This document shows positions 41,087 through 54,490 of a stretch of 64,000 nucleotides of DNA, piece by piece. Below the pieces are notes generated by a model. It had not been told where the DNA came from. It saw nothing but the letters and a program-made list of their open reading frames with translations, and ran no database searches. Origin of the DNA: Octopus vulgaris (taxonomy: Eukaryota); NCBI GenBank assembly GCA_951406725.2, contig OX597815.1, positions 179,180,001-179,244,000 on the forward strand, in the 5' to 3' direction. The first letter of the stretch is position 1. Each line of letters begins with the position of its first letter. Both the position numbers and the translations under genes were made by a program.

Positions 41087-41286
41087 GGATATATACACAT
41101 GCATTTGTATGTGTGTGTGTGTGTGTGTACAGAAAGCATAATATCTATATATGATATAAAACAAAAAGAACAAAATACGCTGCACATGACCAAAGTATAC
41201 GGCTCTGCATTTGACTTTGCCGCAGAAAACCTCCAATAAAAAGAAAATTAATGGAACAATATCAATAATAATATTAAAAGTAAAAG

Positions 41287-41287
41287 C

Positions 41288-41343
<56 letters not shown>

Positions 41344-41392
41344 TAATAATCATGATGTTGATGATGATGATGATAATAATAATAATAATAAT
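41287..41392. repeat. (AAT)n/(GAT)n microsatellite
   Basis: Direct inspection. Confidence 0.95.
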
Positions 41393-42053
41393 GAAATTAT
41401 AAAAAGACTACGAAATGATAATAGATATCGCGGAGTCGATATTGGAAACAGATATAATCACCATAATAAGACTCTGGGTAAGAATATAATAACATAAGCC
41501 TATAAATCCTCGGAATCCGTAGAATTCGCACAAATGGAATTGAAAAAAAAAGAAAAGCAGGTATCAATATAAAGAATCTGTGCCGTCAATACATTTGCAG
41601 TGGTAGCTATAAAACATGGCTGCGTGGTATTGGAATAGAGAGCACCGGATCTAAATTACATAGACAAGAAATCTGCTAAAAATACGGTTATTAGGACAGA
41701 ATATGCCGGATTTACTATGATTGTACAATACTAGACGTGAAAGTGGTAGGAGACTATCGAGACACAGAGAATGATATCAGAAGTGCAGTTAGTAATGTTG
41801 CAGCATACATTTCCTATTCAGGCGAAGTTATGCTTCGTATCCTTGTTGGTTATGATCTTAAAATGATCGGAAATCGATTATATCCACAGCAAACAAAATT
41901 CTCACGGGAAATTCGGTGGAAACTTCATGCAGTTAGAATCGAAACCCGAAGCAGCAGCAAAATTGGACATGACTGATGAGCATCCTTAGTGAACAACCGT
42001 AAAAAAGTACTTTTTACATGGCTAATATTCCTGCGATAGGACTTAGAAAATTC

Positions 42054-42565
42054 ATATCACGTGATCGACAAGACTATCCGATGTTGTTATACATCATTGA
42101 GCACGATGCGCTTTTCATCGTTTTAACTTTCGAATGATGTCATCCCATTGATCATAAGGCGGCGAGCTGGCAGAATCGTTAGCACGCCGGGCGGGCGAAA
42201 TGTTTAGCGGTATTTCGTCTACCGTTACCTTCTGAGTTCAAATTCCGCCGAGGTCGACTTTGCCTTTCATCATTTCGGGGTCGATAAATTAAGTACCAGT
42301 TACACACTGGGGTCGATATAATCGACTTAATCCGTTTGTCTGTCTTTGTTTGTCCCCTCTGTGTGTAGCCCCTTGCGGGCAATGAAGAAATATGATGGCA
42401 TCCCATTGATCAGAAGGCTAGTTAAGTGTAGGGTGACCTGTTTACAGCTAAGTGAACTGGAGCAACGAGAAATAAAGTGTTTTGCTCAAAAAGACGACGC
42501 AACGCTCATTCCGGGGATCGAACCCCCGTTCTGGTAACACCCTATCCAGTAGGCTACGCGCCTTT
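42054..42565 (-). mobile_element. CORE-like SINE sharing the type 1 tail, interrupted by SINE B
   Basis: ggttcgatccc B box, ttgagcaaaacactttatttctcgttgctccagttcac; tail like 8205-8300. Confidence 0.6.
42155..42392 (+). mobile_element. SINE family B
   Basis: Full copy; flanking direct repeat catcccattgatca at 42141-42154 and 42399-42412. Confidence 0.9.
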
Positions 42566-42682
42566 ACAGATAATTCATATACAAATACAAAATATACCCC
42601 CGCCTGGATGGGCACACCCAGCTTGAATGGGCAAAAGATACAAAATATTTTCACGATACAACAGACCGTTACCGTTAGCATA

Positions 42683-42749
<67 letters not shown>

Positions 42750-43651
42750 GTTGGAAATAAGATTCGTACCCAAGGAATACCCAGCCATAACAAAAATATG
42801 CTCTTGATACCAAAGGCATCAAATTATTGTATTTGATTGTAATTGATTATCATTTCATCTTCCGGAGAAGAAAGAAAATCAGTGAAACTCAACGCGAAAA
42901 CAAAAGACGTACCTCGAGGGAAAGATTTACAGAGGTTAAAAACAACAGAGAACTGAAAAGAAAACGTATGCCAAAGAAAGCTAAAGAGAGAGACAACCTC
43001 TTTTATTCATATTCAATCTTCTGCAAAAGCTAGCAATGAAAAGAGCGGTGAACTAATATATAAAAGCCCGTAATAGTTCAAAGTCTCTAGATTTCGAGTA
43101 AATACGAAAAGGTTCGAAATTAATTGCATATGATCAAAGTCTAATCATAAGAGAAGTACGGAAATGCAATAATAAAACAAGAGACGAGCAGAAACAAGAG
43201 ATAATGCATACATATAAAGACGCTTAACTACAGTCTTTCTGACCAACAAGGTAGGTAGTTTTATTTGTTATTGGTTAGATATTTTCACATCAAATCTAAG
43301 TATAAAGTGAGAGCTGTCTGTCCAAACTGCCAAGAAGATTAAAGCGAACAGTCTAGAAACTAGAAAGCCTAAAAAAAAGAAAAGAAAAAATGACTAGAAG
43401 GAAAGCAAAATTGTCTCTGAGTTATCTCGTTCCCTTTGAACCAAAACATCGTTGCAAATAGATTTTAAAATATACAAGAGGACCGCAATACAATGAAAAG
43501 TCAGATGCCGTCATTGTAGAGATGATGAAAACGAAAGGAACCAAACATTTAAAATACTAGACGCGGCCCGAAAACTACAGGAACATATTCTATACAATGC
43601 ATTTTCAGAGTAGTAACACAACTCACACAATAGTTAATCTACGCCAGTTCA

Positions 43652-43717
<66 letters not shown>

Positions 43718-43871
43718 AATACAACAATAAGAATCAACAAAGAAATTCCGAAAATATGGTGTCTTATGCAACACAAACGCCTTTCTCACAACACAAAATG
43801 ACAGTGGTGAACGCACCAGGCACGAAACCCTTTCACTGGTGACCTATCGATTCTCCCACTATACCTTAGTA

Positions 43872-44290
43872 TACCTATTTCTTTACTACCCACAAGGAGC
43901 TAAACACAGAGACGACAAACAAGGACAGACAAACGGATTAAGTCGATTATATCGACCCCAGTGAGTAACTGGTACTTATTTAATCGACCCCGAAAGGATG
44001 GAAGGCAATGTCGACCTCAGCGGGATTTGAACTCAGAACATAAAGACAGACAAAATACCTATTTCTTTACTACCCAGAACGGGCTAAACACAGAGAGGAC
44101 AAAAAATAACAGACAAAAGGATTAAGTCGATTATATCGACCCCAGTGCGTAACTGGTACTTAATTTATCGATCCCGAAAGGATGAAAGGCAAAGTCGACC
44201 TCGGCGGAATTTGAACTTAGAACGTAGCGGCAGACGAAATACCGCTAAGCCTTTCTCCCGGCGTGCTAACGATTCTGCCAGCTCGCCGCC
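43872..44290 (-). mobile_element. SINE family B tandem
   Basis: Same internal junction as 2605-2997. Confidence 0.85.
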
Positions 44291-45209
44291 CTATCCCACT
44301 ATAATTTAGTATACCGAGACATCGAACTATCGGTACATATCCTTTACCCATTATTTAAACACAATAATTTACTCCTCAAACCTAAAACTGAAATATTCCT
44401 CTTTGCAAAAATAGTTGCAAATGTTACAGAACATACTTTTGTTTTATTGTTTACTCTTAATTAAATTTTGCGGCTCGAACAAGACCTGAACAAATTGTAG
44501 CATTGAAAATGTCTGGCATAAAGAATTGTGAAGTGATAAAACGGTTGAGAAAAATTTAAGGATTATGGTGAAAGCAAAGGGTGGCCATTTTGAATTAAAA
44601 GTATGCGTAAAATATTGTCAATAAATTTAACAAACAACCTGTAAACCTTCATTAATCAAAACCTAAAACCTTTTATTTTATGATAAAATGAATAATAAGT
44701 AAATTCATATATGATGCATCCGGTGGCTATTATCTCCAATTTCTTTCTTTGTAAAAACAAAAGATTAATATGTAATTAACTAATTTTAAAATCTCGAGTT
44801 GTGTCGTTGCTAAAGAGTTCAGAAGGAGGACGAAATAGTACTGTCTACGGCTACCAGAGATTTTAAGGACTTTATCGCATGAAAACATAAAAGAATTATA
44901 TGGAAATATATATATATATATATATATACTCTCTTCACTCTTTGATAATGATTTTATGTAAGGAAAATAAACTTAGAAGTGATTCTCTCCCTTAGATAGC
45001 AATCTCCAGTGTTTCCAACACTTGTCTTTTGTCATTCTCGTCCGTCGTTTATGTCTACCAAACAAACAAATATATGGTGCGCAACGCAAAGAATAACCAA
45101 ACTTCTTGTAGGCTGTGTTTGTTGCTCGATTTCGCGATCGTTTTCTTGTTTAGTTCTAGTTCATCCTTGACTAATGATCAACGCTATTCTAGTTACGAAC
45201 ATCTGGTCT

Positions 45210-45265
<56 letters not shown>

Positions 45266-45481
45266 GCAATTGCAGGATGCAACCGAGCAGCTTCTTCAGG
45301 GTCTGTCCATTTAGCTAGTATCGAAGTGAACTGATAAAGTGGTTTGTTAGTCAGGGTTCAAGGGGAGATGGAGGGGGGCGGAGGTAGTTTTGAACCTGGA
45401 ATTTGATCTGTTTCTAAGCTTGCGCTGTTGACCTCAGTTTCACACCGGTTACTGTCCAAAGTTAGGGTTGTATCTAACTAG

Positions 45482-45716
45482 AGACGGCGGCGAGCTGGCA
45501 GAAACGTTAGCACGCCGGGCGAAATGCTTAGCCGTGTTTCGTCTGCCGTTACGTTTTGAGTTCAAATTCCGCCGAGGTTGACTTTGCCTTTCATCTCTTC
45601 GGGGTCGATAAATTAAGTACCAGTTACGCACTGGGGTCGATATAATCGACTTAATCCGTCTGTCTGTCCTTGTTTGTCCCCTCTGTGTTTAGCCCCTTGT
45701 GGGTAGTAAAGAAACA
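45482..45716 (+). mobile_element. SINE family B
   Basis: TSD ggttgtatctaactag at 45466-45481 and 45717-45732. Confidence 0.9.
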
Positions 45717-45987
45717 GGTTGTATCTAACTAGGTCAAGGCTGGTGTTACATTTCTTAAGCGTTTTGGTATGTTTATGTAAGCATCTTAAGACCTGTTCAA
45801 GTCTAGTGTTACGTATAGTAGAAGACACTTGCTCAAAGTGCCGTGCAGGGGGACTGAACTCGGAACTATGTGGTTGGGAACTATATAGTTGGGAACCTTC
45901 TAACGCCTATTTAACATATATCTAAACTCACAGAACATTGCGATCCCAAGTGAGTTTTGATTATATTTCGAAAATTCTTATTTTACC

Positions 45988-46716
45988 AATTGCAGCGTGG
46001 GAAGTGTTTATAAGCCATTTAAAAACACACAAAATCTGTTAGATTCACTTCAACATTTAAATTTAATTTGTCAAAATATTTTCGTCGCTTTGAGGCCGCG
46101 ACCTGTTCACTGACAAAATTCCGTGCTACATAAAATACTAATTTATTTTTATAAAAATTTTTTTAAATTAGCCTCATTTTTGATATTTTCATAATAATAA
46201 TGATGCATTTTAAGGCGGCGAGCTGGCAGAATCGTTAGCACGCCGGGCGAAATGCGTAGCCGTATTTCGTCTGCCGTTACGTTCCGAGTTCAAATTCCAC
46301 TGTGATCGACTTTGCCTTTCATCATAAATTAAGTACCAGTTACGCACTGGGTTGATGTAATCGACTTAATCCGTTTGTCTGTCCTTGCTTGTCCCTTCTG
46401 TGTTTGGCTCCTTGTGGGTAGTAAAAGAAATAAATAATAATACATTTATCATAACTATGATAATACTTTTATGATAACTTTTAATTATTTTGATAAAAAT
46501 AAATGAGAAATATACGCAGCACGGAATTATGTCAGTGAACAGATAGCGGTCCCAAAGCGACGAAAATATTTTGACAAATTAAATTTTAATGTTGAAGTGA
46601 ATCTGACGGTTTTTGTGTGTTTATAAATGGCTTATAAACACCTTCCACGCTGCAATTGTTTTTGTTTCAGCACACGATCTCTGATCAGGTCACTTGCTAT
46701 ACAAGTACATCTCCGT
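45988..46716. mobile_element. Fold-back element with hammerhead-like motifs, spacer interrupted by SINE B
   Basis: Arms ~45988-46132 and ~46512-46658; tgtca-GTGAACA-g-gtcgc...gcgac-GAAA-atat-TT-tgaca. Confidence 0.75.
46211..46432 (+). mobile_element. SINE family B
   Basis: Family B head to gaaata tail. Confidence 0.9.
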
Positions 46717-47086
46717 AGTATTTTACCAATGTTCTTGAGAAGGTTATGAGCTTCACTGAATCTTGTTTCACATTAATCAGAAACTCACTTGCAGCATGAA
46801 AAATAAAAGTAAGGTAGAGTTGAATTTCATTCATCCTAGACAATCACGCGAATATAATTGGTTAAGAGGACAGTAAAATGGTTTTGTTATGTTGTTTTGA
46901 AAGGTTACAAGTCTCGAGCGATGAAACCTTAGAAGAATTGTTTATTAAGATTAATGAAATATAAAGAAAATGAATTTAAAGTAAAAACGAAATTCAAGTA
47001 TTCATAACATATCTCTACTCGGGGACAACGGAATGCACGACTAAACAATAATATGACGGAATGGAAACCACAATACACACAGGCAC

Positions 47087-47183
<97 letters not shown>

Positions 47184-47394
47184 GATACGCAAAGCAGCAA
47201 CGCCCACACATGAGCTTATTTGTATGTGCTGACACACACATATGGATGTGTATGTTTCTAATTTCATGATGATGATGATAATGATGATGATGATGATGAT
47301 CATCATCATCATCCTCATCGTTATCAAATTTATGTATATATATATATATATTTATGCTTACATGTATATAAACACGTGTGTTTGTGTGCGTATG

Positions 47395-47429
<35 letters not shown>

Positions 47430-47559
47430 ATACATATAAATATACAAACACACACACACATATATATACATTCATATAATATATGCATACATGCATACAC
47501 ATATAAACACACGCACACGTACCTTATGCATACTTACATACATACACACATGTATACGC

Positions 47560-47647
<88 letters not shown>

Positions 47648-47655
<8 letters not shown>

Positions 47656-47823
47656 ATACACTTCACATTTGGAAATGAAATTATATTTGATTTGCAGCCT
47701 CATAAAAAGAAAAAAAACTTTTTCTTTTCTTCATAACGTTTTACTTATTATCATTTAATTAGATATTTGCCGTCAACATTGTGTTTATTCAGAACAATCT
47801 TCCACCTTACAGAGTAGTATGCG

Positions 47824-47898
<75 letters not shown>

Positions 47899-48780
47899 TG
47901 TTATTATGATCATTTTTTTTTAGATAAGATTATAAGAAATGATTTACATTTCTAGCGGTTCAAACTTACATCTTCTGGCATACATTACAAATACGCTTTA
48001 AAATAAAAAATATTTATATTTTTGGATATAAATTTTTGTCTTACGAATGTAGGTTCTCCTGCCGTGAAGATAGCTGTGTTTTTATGCAAGCTGTCATAGA
48101 TTAGTTTCGGCAATCGTCAATTCACATCTGACGTGCCTCACGTTGTATGGTATTGTATAGTCAATCATAACGACGAGACAAAGACAAATAATGTGTATGA
48201 TGATGATGATGCTGTTGCTGCTGCTGATGATTGTAGTGGTAGTGATGAGGTAGATGATAAGGGTGATTGATACTGCTTCTGCTGTGGCTGCAGATAATAT
48301 CTGTTTTAGAGATGGTCTATAAATATTCGCCAGGGTAGGTGTAAGTATGAATATATGCTACGAGGGTACATGCATATCTGAATCGATTCTATTTGTGCAG
48401 AGTATATATTAGGGTAAATTTCGCTACTTTGTTTGCATGTACGCATGTGTGTGTGTGTGTGTCTGTGCAGATTGTTTGTGTAGGTGTGTATGCGTAGCTC
48501 TGTGTGTATGTATGTATGTGTGTGTGTGTGTGTGTGTATGCGTGTGTGCATGCATGTGTGTGTGGATATGCATGTTTGCATTCACGCTCGCGAATCTCAG
48601 AGTCACTCCTTTTGACTAGCATTCTCAGCCATTTTCTCTAAAGTTGTGAATATTCTTGAGAATTTCTTAATTTCCTGCTTACTTAGACGACATAAGAACA
48701 TATTTTCATAACTAGACATATTTTACAAACTTACACACATACACAAACACACATTATGTGCATTATGTGTTTGTGTGCCT
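47648..48780 (+). repeat. Local direct duplication, copy 1
   Basis: Colinear with 49923-51081, including (TTA)n and (GAT)n tracts. Confidence 0.95.
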
Positions 48781-48847
48781 TTATATATATATATATATAT
48801 ATATACATACATACATACATACATACATGCACACATACATACATACA

Positions 48848-48883
<36 letters not shown>

Positions 48884-49060
48884 TTTTATAGAAGGAGCTT
48901 CTACAGGACTAGAACTGTTTCATTCAGATGAAATCTTCAGGAAGCCCTGAATGAAACAGTTCTAGTCCTGTAGAAGCTCCTTCTATAAAATAAATTACTT
49001 TACTCTGCTATGTATTGAGTACCTTATTTACTGTGGTTAACTCCGACTCAACCCGGGACC
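48884..49060. mobile_element. Fold-back element (44 bp arms) plus tail in (TA)n
   Basis: 48884-48927 mirrored by 48947-48990. Confidence 0.85.
48897..48945 (-). ncRNA. Type I hammerhead ribozyme motif
   Basis: GCUUC-CUGAAGA-UUUCA-UC-UGAAU-GAAA-CAG-UUCUAGUC-CUG-UA-GAAGC: stems I, II, III and canonical core, GUA site. Confidence 0.7.
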
Positions 49061-49132
49061 TACATATATATATATATCAGAAATATTAAATTTCTAAATA
49101 TCTCATAGAGATATGTACGGTGGTGGAGCGAT

Positions 49133-49260
49133 AGAGTGGTTGTATACTGTCAGCTTAACGTGACAGTCCTGTTTTACACCGATGTTTCCTAGGGCTAAAC
49201 AGCGGTGGTGTAATTCCCTCACAGGACTGTCACGTTAAGTTGACAGTATACAACCACTCT
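49133..49260. mobile_element. Small MITE with ~39 bp TIRs
   Basis: agagtggttgtatactgtcagcttaacgtgacagtcctg / caggactgtcacgttaagttgacagtatacaaccactct; diverged relative near 1610-1720. Confidence 0.8.
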
Positions 49261-49272
49261 CTCTATATATAT

Positions 49273-49702
49273 AGGCGCAGGAGTGGCTGTGTAGTAAGAA
49301 GCTTGCTTCCCAGCCACATGGTTCCGGGTTCAGTCCCACTGCGTGGCACTTTGGGCAATTGACTTCTACTATAGCCTCGAGATGACCAAAGTCTTGTGAA
49401 TGGATTTGGTAGACGGAAACTGAAAGAAACCTGTCGTATATATGTATATGTATATATATATATGTGTGTGTGTGTGTTTGTACGCCCCCCCCACCAGCAT
49501 CGCTTGACAACCGATGCTGGTGTGTTTACGTCCACGTAACTTAGCGGTTCGGCAAAAGAGACTGATAGAATAAGTACTGGGCTTACAAAGAATAAGTCCC
49601 GGGGTTGAGTTGCTCGATTAAAAGGCAGTGCTCCAGCATGGCCGCAGTCAAATGATTGAAACAAGTAAAAGAGTAAAAGAAAGAGTAAAGAGTAAAGAGT
49701 AA
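49273..49702 (+). mobile_element. SINE family A, full length
   Basis: ggcgcaggagtggctgtgtagtaag head to (agtaaag)n tail. Confidence 0.9.
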
Positions 49703-49751
49703 ATATATTTAACAAATGAGTCATGAATTCTGGCCTATTCTGTGTATATGT

Positions 49752-49880
49752 ATTCTTTTACTTGTTTCAGTCATTTGATTGCCGCCATGCTGGAGCACCG
49801 CCTTTAGTCGAACAAATCGACCCCAGGACTTATTCTTTGTAAGCCTAGTACTTATTCTGTCAGTCTTTTTTTCTGAACCG

Positions 49881-49882
<2 letters not shown>
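49752..49882 (-). mobile_element. SINE family A 3' fragment
   Basis: Inverted relative to 49273-49702. Confidence 0.85.
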
Positions 49883-49922
<40 letters not shown>

Positions 49923-49930
<8 letters not shown>

Positions 49931-50115
49931 ATACACTTCACATTTGGAAATGAAATTATATTTGATTTGCAGCCTCATAAAAAGAAGAAAAAAACGAATT
50001 TTTCGAAGAAAACTTCTTTTCTTCATAACGTTTTACTTATTATCATTTAATTAGATATTTGCCGTCAACATTGTGTTTATTCAGAACAATCTTCCACCTT
50101 ACAGAGTATTATGTG

Positions 50116-50163
<48 letters not shown>

Positions 50164-50766
50164 TGTTATTATGATCATTTTTTTTTAGATAAGATTATAA
50201 AAAATGATTTACATTTCTAGCGGTTCAAACTTACATCTTCTGGCATACATTACAAATACGCTTTAAAATAAAAACAAAAAAAAAAGCAAGAAAATATTTT
50301 CTTGTTTTTATAGTTTTGGATATACATTTTTGTCTTACGAATGTAGGTTCTCCTGCCGTGAAGATAGCTGTGTTATTATGCAAGCTGTCATAGATTAGTT
50401 CGGCAATCGTCAATTCACATCTGACGTGCTTCACGTTGTATGGTATTGTATAGTCAATCGTAACGACGAGACAAAGACAAATAATGTGTATGATGATGAT
50501 GATGATGATGATGCTGTTGCTGCTGATGATGATTGCAGTGGTAGTGAAGAGGTAGATGATAAGGGTGATTGATACTGCTTCTGCTGTGGCTGCAGATAAT
50601 ATCTGTTTTAGAGATGGTCTATAAATATTCGCCAGGGTAGGTGTAAGTATGAATATATGCTACGAGGGTACGTGCATATCTGAATCGATTCTATTTGTGC
50701 AGAGTACATATAAGGGTAAATTTCGTTACTTTGTTTGCATGTACGCATGTGTGTGTGTGTGTGTGT

Positions 50767-50806
<40 letters not shown>

Positions 50807-51081
50807 ATTGTTTGTGCAGATTGTCTGTGTATGCGTGTGTGCATGCATGTGTGCGTGGATATGCATGTTTGCATTCACGTTCGCGAATCTCAGAGTCACT
50901 CCTTTTGACTAGCATTCTCAGCCATTTTCTTTAAAGTTGTGAATATTCTTGAGAATTTCTTAATTTCCTGCTTACTTAGACGACATAAGAACATATTTTC
51001 ATAACTAGACATATTTTACAAACTTACACATACACACACACACACACACAAACACACATGTGCATTATGTGTCTGTGTGCC
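49923..51081 (+). repeat. Local direct duplication, copy 2
   Basis: Colinear with 47648-48780. Confidence 0.95.
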
Positions 51082-51106
51082 TGTATATATACATACATAT
51101 ATACAG

Positions 51107-52438
51107 GCCAGAGGTGCCTCAACCTTAAGGCCAATTTTCGCATCCTCAGTCAAGGCATCCCTAGCTAACCCTTTAGCGGTTTTTGAAAGCAGTCAGAGCC
51201 CTTCACAAGTGGCTTTCCTACCTTCCACAAAAAGCGTAAAAGAATTCTTTCCAACTTGTTCAACCACAAATCGGGGCAAGGCACAGCGGTCAGGCGGTAG
51301 GTGATGACTGATGCTATGAACATCTGCGCCACCTCTGCCCGCCCCAGCAAAGATAACGCCCGCCCAGACGAGGTCTGGGTTAAGGCCATCACCTTGTTCG
51401 TGACCTCGCTCCAATTTTTCTCTATCTGGAGGTCTGGGCCGAATCAGACCCTAGCAGCTTAACCGGACTTTCCGTTCAACGCTCCACGACGTTATTGGAC
51501 GACATCGACTTGCCCTTCCAGGTGCCGAGTTGCAAGCCGACCGACTTTTCCTGGTTAACCTTTGCTCCTGCTACCGCCTCGTATCGTTTTAAACATTTCC
51601 TGGAGTTCCCCCAATGAGATCTCCAGACTTTCCATTTGTACTGCTGCGACTGCCGCAAAGCCTTTGGTGACTTATTTTGGAGGCTGGTTAGCCTCCAAAG
51701 CCTCACACTCTTCGAGAGAGCATTTTTCTCTTATTATTCCCACTGACTTTTCGGTCGCAATGAATAAGCAGAAAACACACGAACAAAAAAAAAAAAAAGA
51801 AAAGAAAAAAGGAAAATAGTTCCCAGATTTTTTTGGGCAATCAATAAGTTCAAATCCCACCCCTGTCAGTGGTGGGAGCGTGGCTCAATGAAGCCAAAAA
51901 TGGCTGAAAAAAAACAGTTCTTTTTTTCCAAAGGAAAAATTATAGGATTCCGTTCCTTTTTTTTTTTCTGTTCAAAAACATTACTTTCTCTCAAGAGAAA
52001 CAACAGTTCAAATCCAACCCTCATCAGGCGGAGCTCGAATAAAGAGCCTAAAACGGCTGAATACAATTTTTTTTCAAAAGAAAATCATAGGTTTCCCCCT
52101 TTTTTTTCCACAGTTCAAAAATTAAATTCTTCGCCATAGGAACAACAGTTCAAATCCCATCCTCGTTTGGGGGTGGGCCGCAGTTCAACAATGCTTACAA
52201 AGGATAACTTTTAAAAAATGCACTGCGTTGAAGAATCCAATCGAAGAAACAATTGCCAAATGGCTACAGAAATTTCACTATTCTCCGAAATACCGGGAAA
52301 TAAAATTCTCCAACGCAGCCTGCAGACAGGCAACAGTTCACAATAATAATTTTCAACAACAGTTTACAATAAATAACAGAATTTCAACAATTATAACTCA
52401 CAGAGCGGAAATAAAATCACGACCGAAGTCTTCAACCG
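51107..52438 (-). mobile_element. Internally deleted Tx1/L1-like LINE (5' region with ~150 bp subrepeats plus RT fragment)
   Basis: YEAVAGAKVNQEKS, LSLLGRAEV..FIASVITY, LERILLRFLW, PLKG..GMP motifs; cagttcaaatcc repeated three times. Confidence 0.8.
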
Positions 52439-52574
52439 GAAGCAAACTTCTTTATTTCATAGCCAGGCTATGCAAGATGTACATTAGAGGAGACAACACA
52501 AGATCGGGACAAAAAACAAAACGAATGGAAAGGATGAATTAATATAATGAAAGATAAAATGAAGCGACAACGTT

Positions 52575-54490
52575 TTTTTTATTAAAAAAAATTTTTTTTT
52601 TAAACCTAGTTTATAACAATTATTAGCGACAGCTAATTATCATTCCCCCGAAGGATGTTTACATTGTGCTTCCTTAAAATATCATAAACACGTAATTGTT
52701 TAGGCATTGAGCTGGTGTCCACTCACAGTCATGGTTTTCCTCAAAGTCTTTCAATCTTGATATATATTCTGGGTCTGCCACAACACAACGAAGGTACTCG
52801 GAGCATCGCTTTCACTCCTGATACATCAACTTTTATAACACTGTCCCACGAGTATATTTCGTGGATCTTTTCGGTTTGAACGGCAGTTTTTAAACGTGTT
52901 TATAAAACATCTTTTTCTCTTGGCTTTATTGAGAAAATTCTATAGTTTGTAAGATATCTGTTGTTTTTCTTCAACCAATCAATTACGTCCATTGAGGTAA
53001 ACAACATTCTGTGCCGTGTGAATATGTCCCTCCTTTAAGAGACAGATTGGGTTTATTTACATTTGTGAAGAAAAAAAGATACCCTTCCCCCAACCCCTAA
53101 CCCTAACTCTAAAACAGATTGAAATGCAATAGATCGATACTAGGGTCATAATTATGGGTGACAATTTCATATGACACCGCTAGAAAAAACTGCCGTTCAA
53201 ACCGAAAAGATCCTATTTCGTTATACACTTCTTCATTGTCTCTACGGTACATTATAACATATTTTTCAAAGGGCGAGGGTGGGGAAATTTGGGGCTCCTG
53301 TGTGTTTGTGTTTGTCAGGTAGGGCATGGAGAGGGCTGGTGTCTGTAGGGAGTGGTTGGGGTAGAGTGGATGTGGGCGAGAGCTGGGTGGGTGTGGGATG
53401 GGGTTCGTCCTTTACAGCGTGTGCCTTTTTTCCCTCTTCTCTTTTCCCCAGCTGTATCCCATTCATTGTCCATCTCCTCTTCTTCAACACTGGTACTGGT
53501 TTTTATCTGTAGCGCCACTCCACTCTCCTTTTCCTCAACCTCCACGGGTAGTAGAGCACCAGCCACTTTCTCATTCTCTTGTCTCTCCTTAGCCTTCACA
53601 TGTGATGGTGGCCAATCCGCTCTAATGTGGCCTTTTAAGCCACATTTATAGCATCACGGAAACTTCCATTCCACTCTACCTTTCAGTGTTGCGTCTCCGA
53701 CCGTGATTGTCTCTACCATATTTTCGATAACTTCCACGGCAACCTGTACCACCATATCGAGGTTTTGTCTTTACCAGTTCCTGTGGGATATTCTGGTGGC
53801 CTGAAGGACCACTACCTTCTCCTCCATGCTTAACAGTATGGCAGCTACCAGCGAGGCCATATCCACTTCTGGGGTAGATGAACCACTGCATCAGTTCTCA
53901 GCGGTGTTGCTGAGTGCAGCCTGGCAGTAGCTACCTCCCGAAACCGCACCTCCACTGTTCCAAATTTTCTACCTTTGGGGAGGTAGGTGATTCCCTGCCA
54001 GATTGGCCTAAGTGCCTTTTCTACCTGAGCCGTTGACATGATCTCAATCTTCCTGGCGGCCACCGAGTACGTTCTGTAACTTATTGTCTTCTCACTTTTT
54101 TCTTTTAAAACTTCTTTGGGGGTAAGGGGAACCCCTTCACTTCGTTCCCCTCCCTTTCAATCATTCCCTTGAACTTGCTCACGTCCTCCAGACTAACGTC
54201 TTTGCTTCTTTCTTTCGTCACCTCTGCATAATTATTCGTCTAGATTGCTTTATCAATCCTCTTCAAATACTCCACCATTTCCTCCTCAGACGACTCAAAG
54301 TCTGAAGAAGGATAGTTTACAAAGTTTAAAGAAGAACAATTCAAGCCTTCACAACTCCTCACCCGACGCCCCTCCATTAAACAAGAGGGAAAACGTCGCA
54401 CCGCCAAGACAGCAAAAAAACAAAACAAAACAAAACAAAAAACACGTGTGTTACTAGCAAAACCAACAATCCAACTGACAAACGCTATAC
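52575..54490 (-). mobile_element. Tx1/L1-like element with gag-like ORF1 only and A-rich 3' end
   Basis: Broken ORF with GRKFGTVEVRF and zinc knuckle CYKCGLKGHIRAD near 53610-53650; no ORF2 seen before the poly(A). Confidence 0.65.
52863..53213. mobile_element. Merlin-like MITE
   Basis: TIR ggatcttttcggtttgaacggcagttttt; 8 bp TSD tatttcgt at 52855-52862 and 53214-53221; GG termini. Confidence 0.85.

Noticed and set aside
48301-48346. Possible micro-exon (ttttag...gtaagt) in the duplicated unit
   Set aside because: Splice-like motifs occur by chance; no recognisable coding content or neighbouring exons
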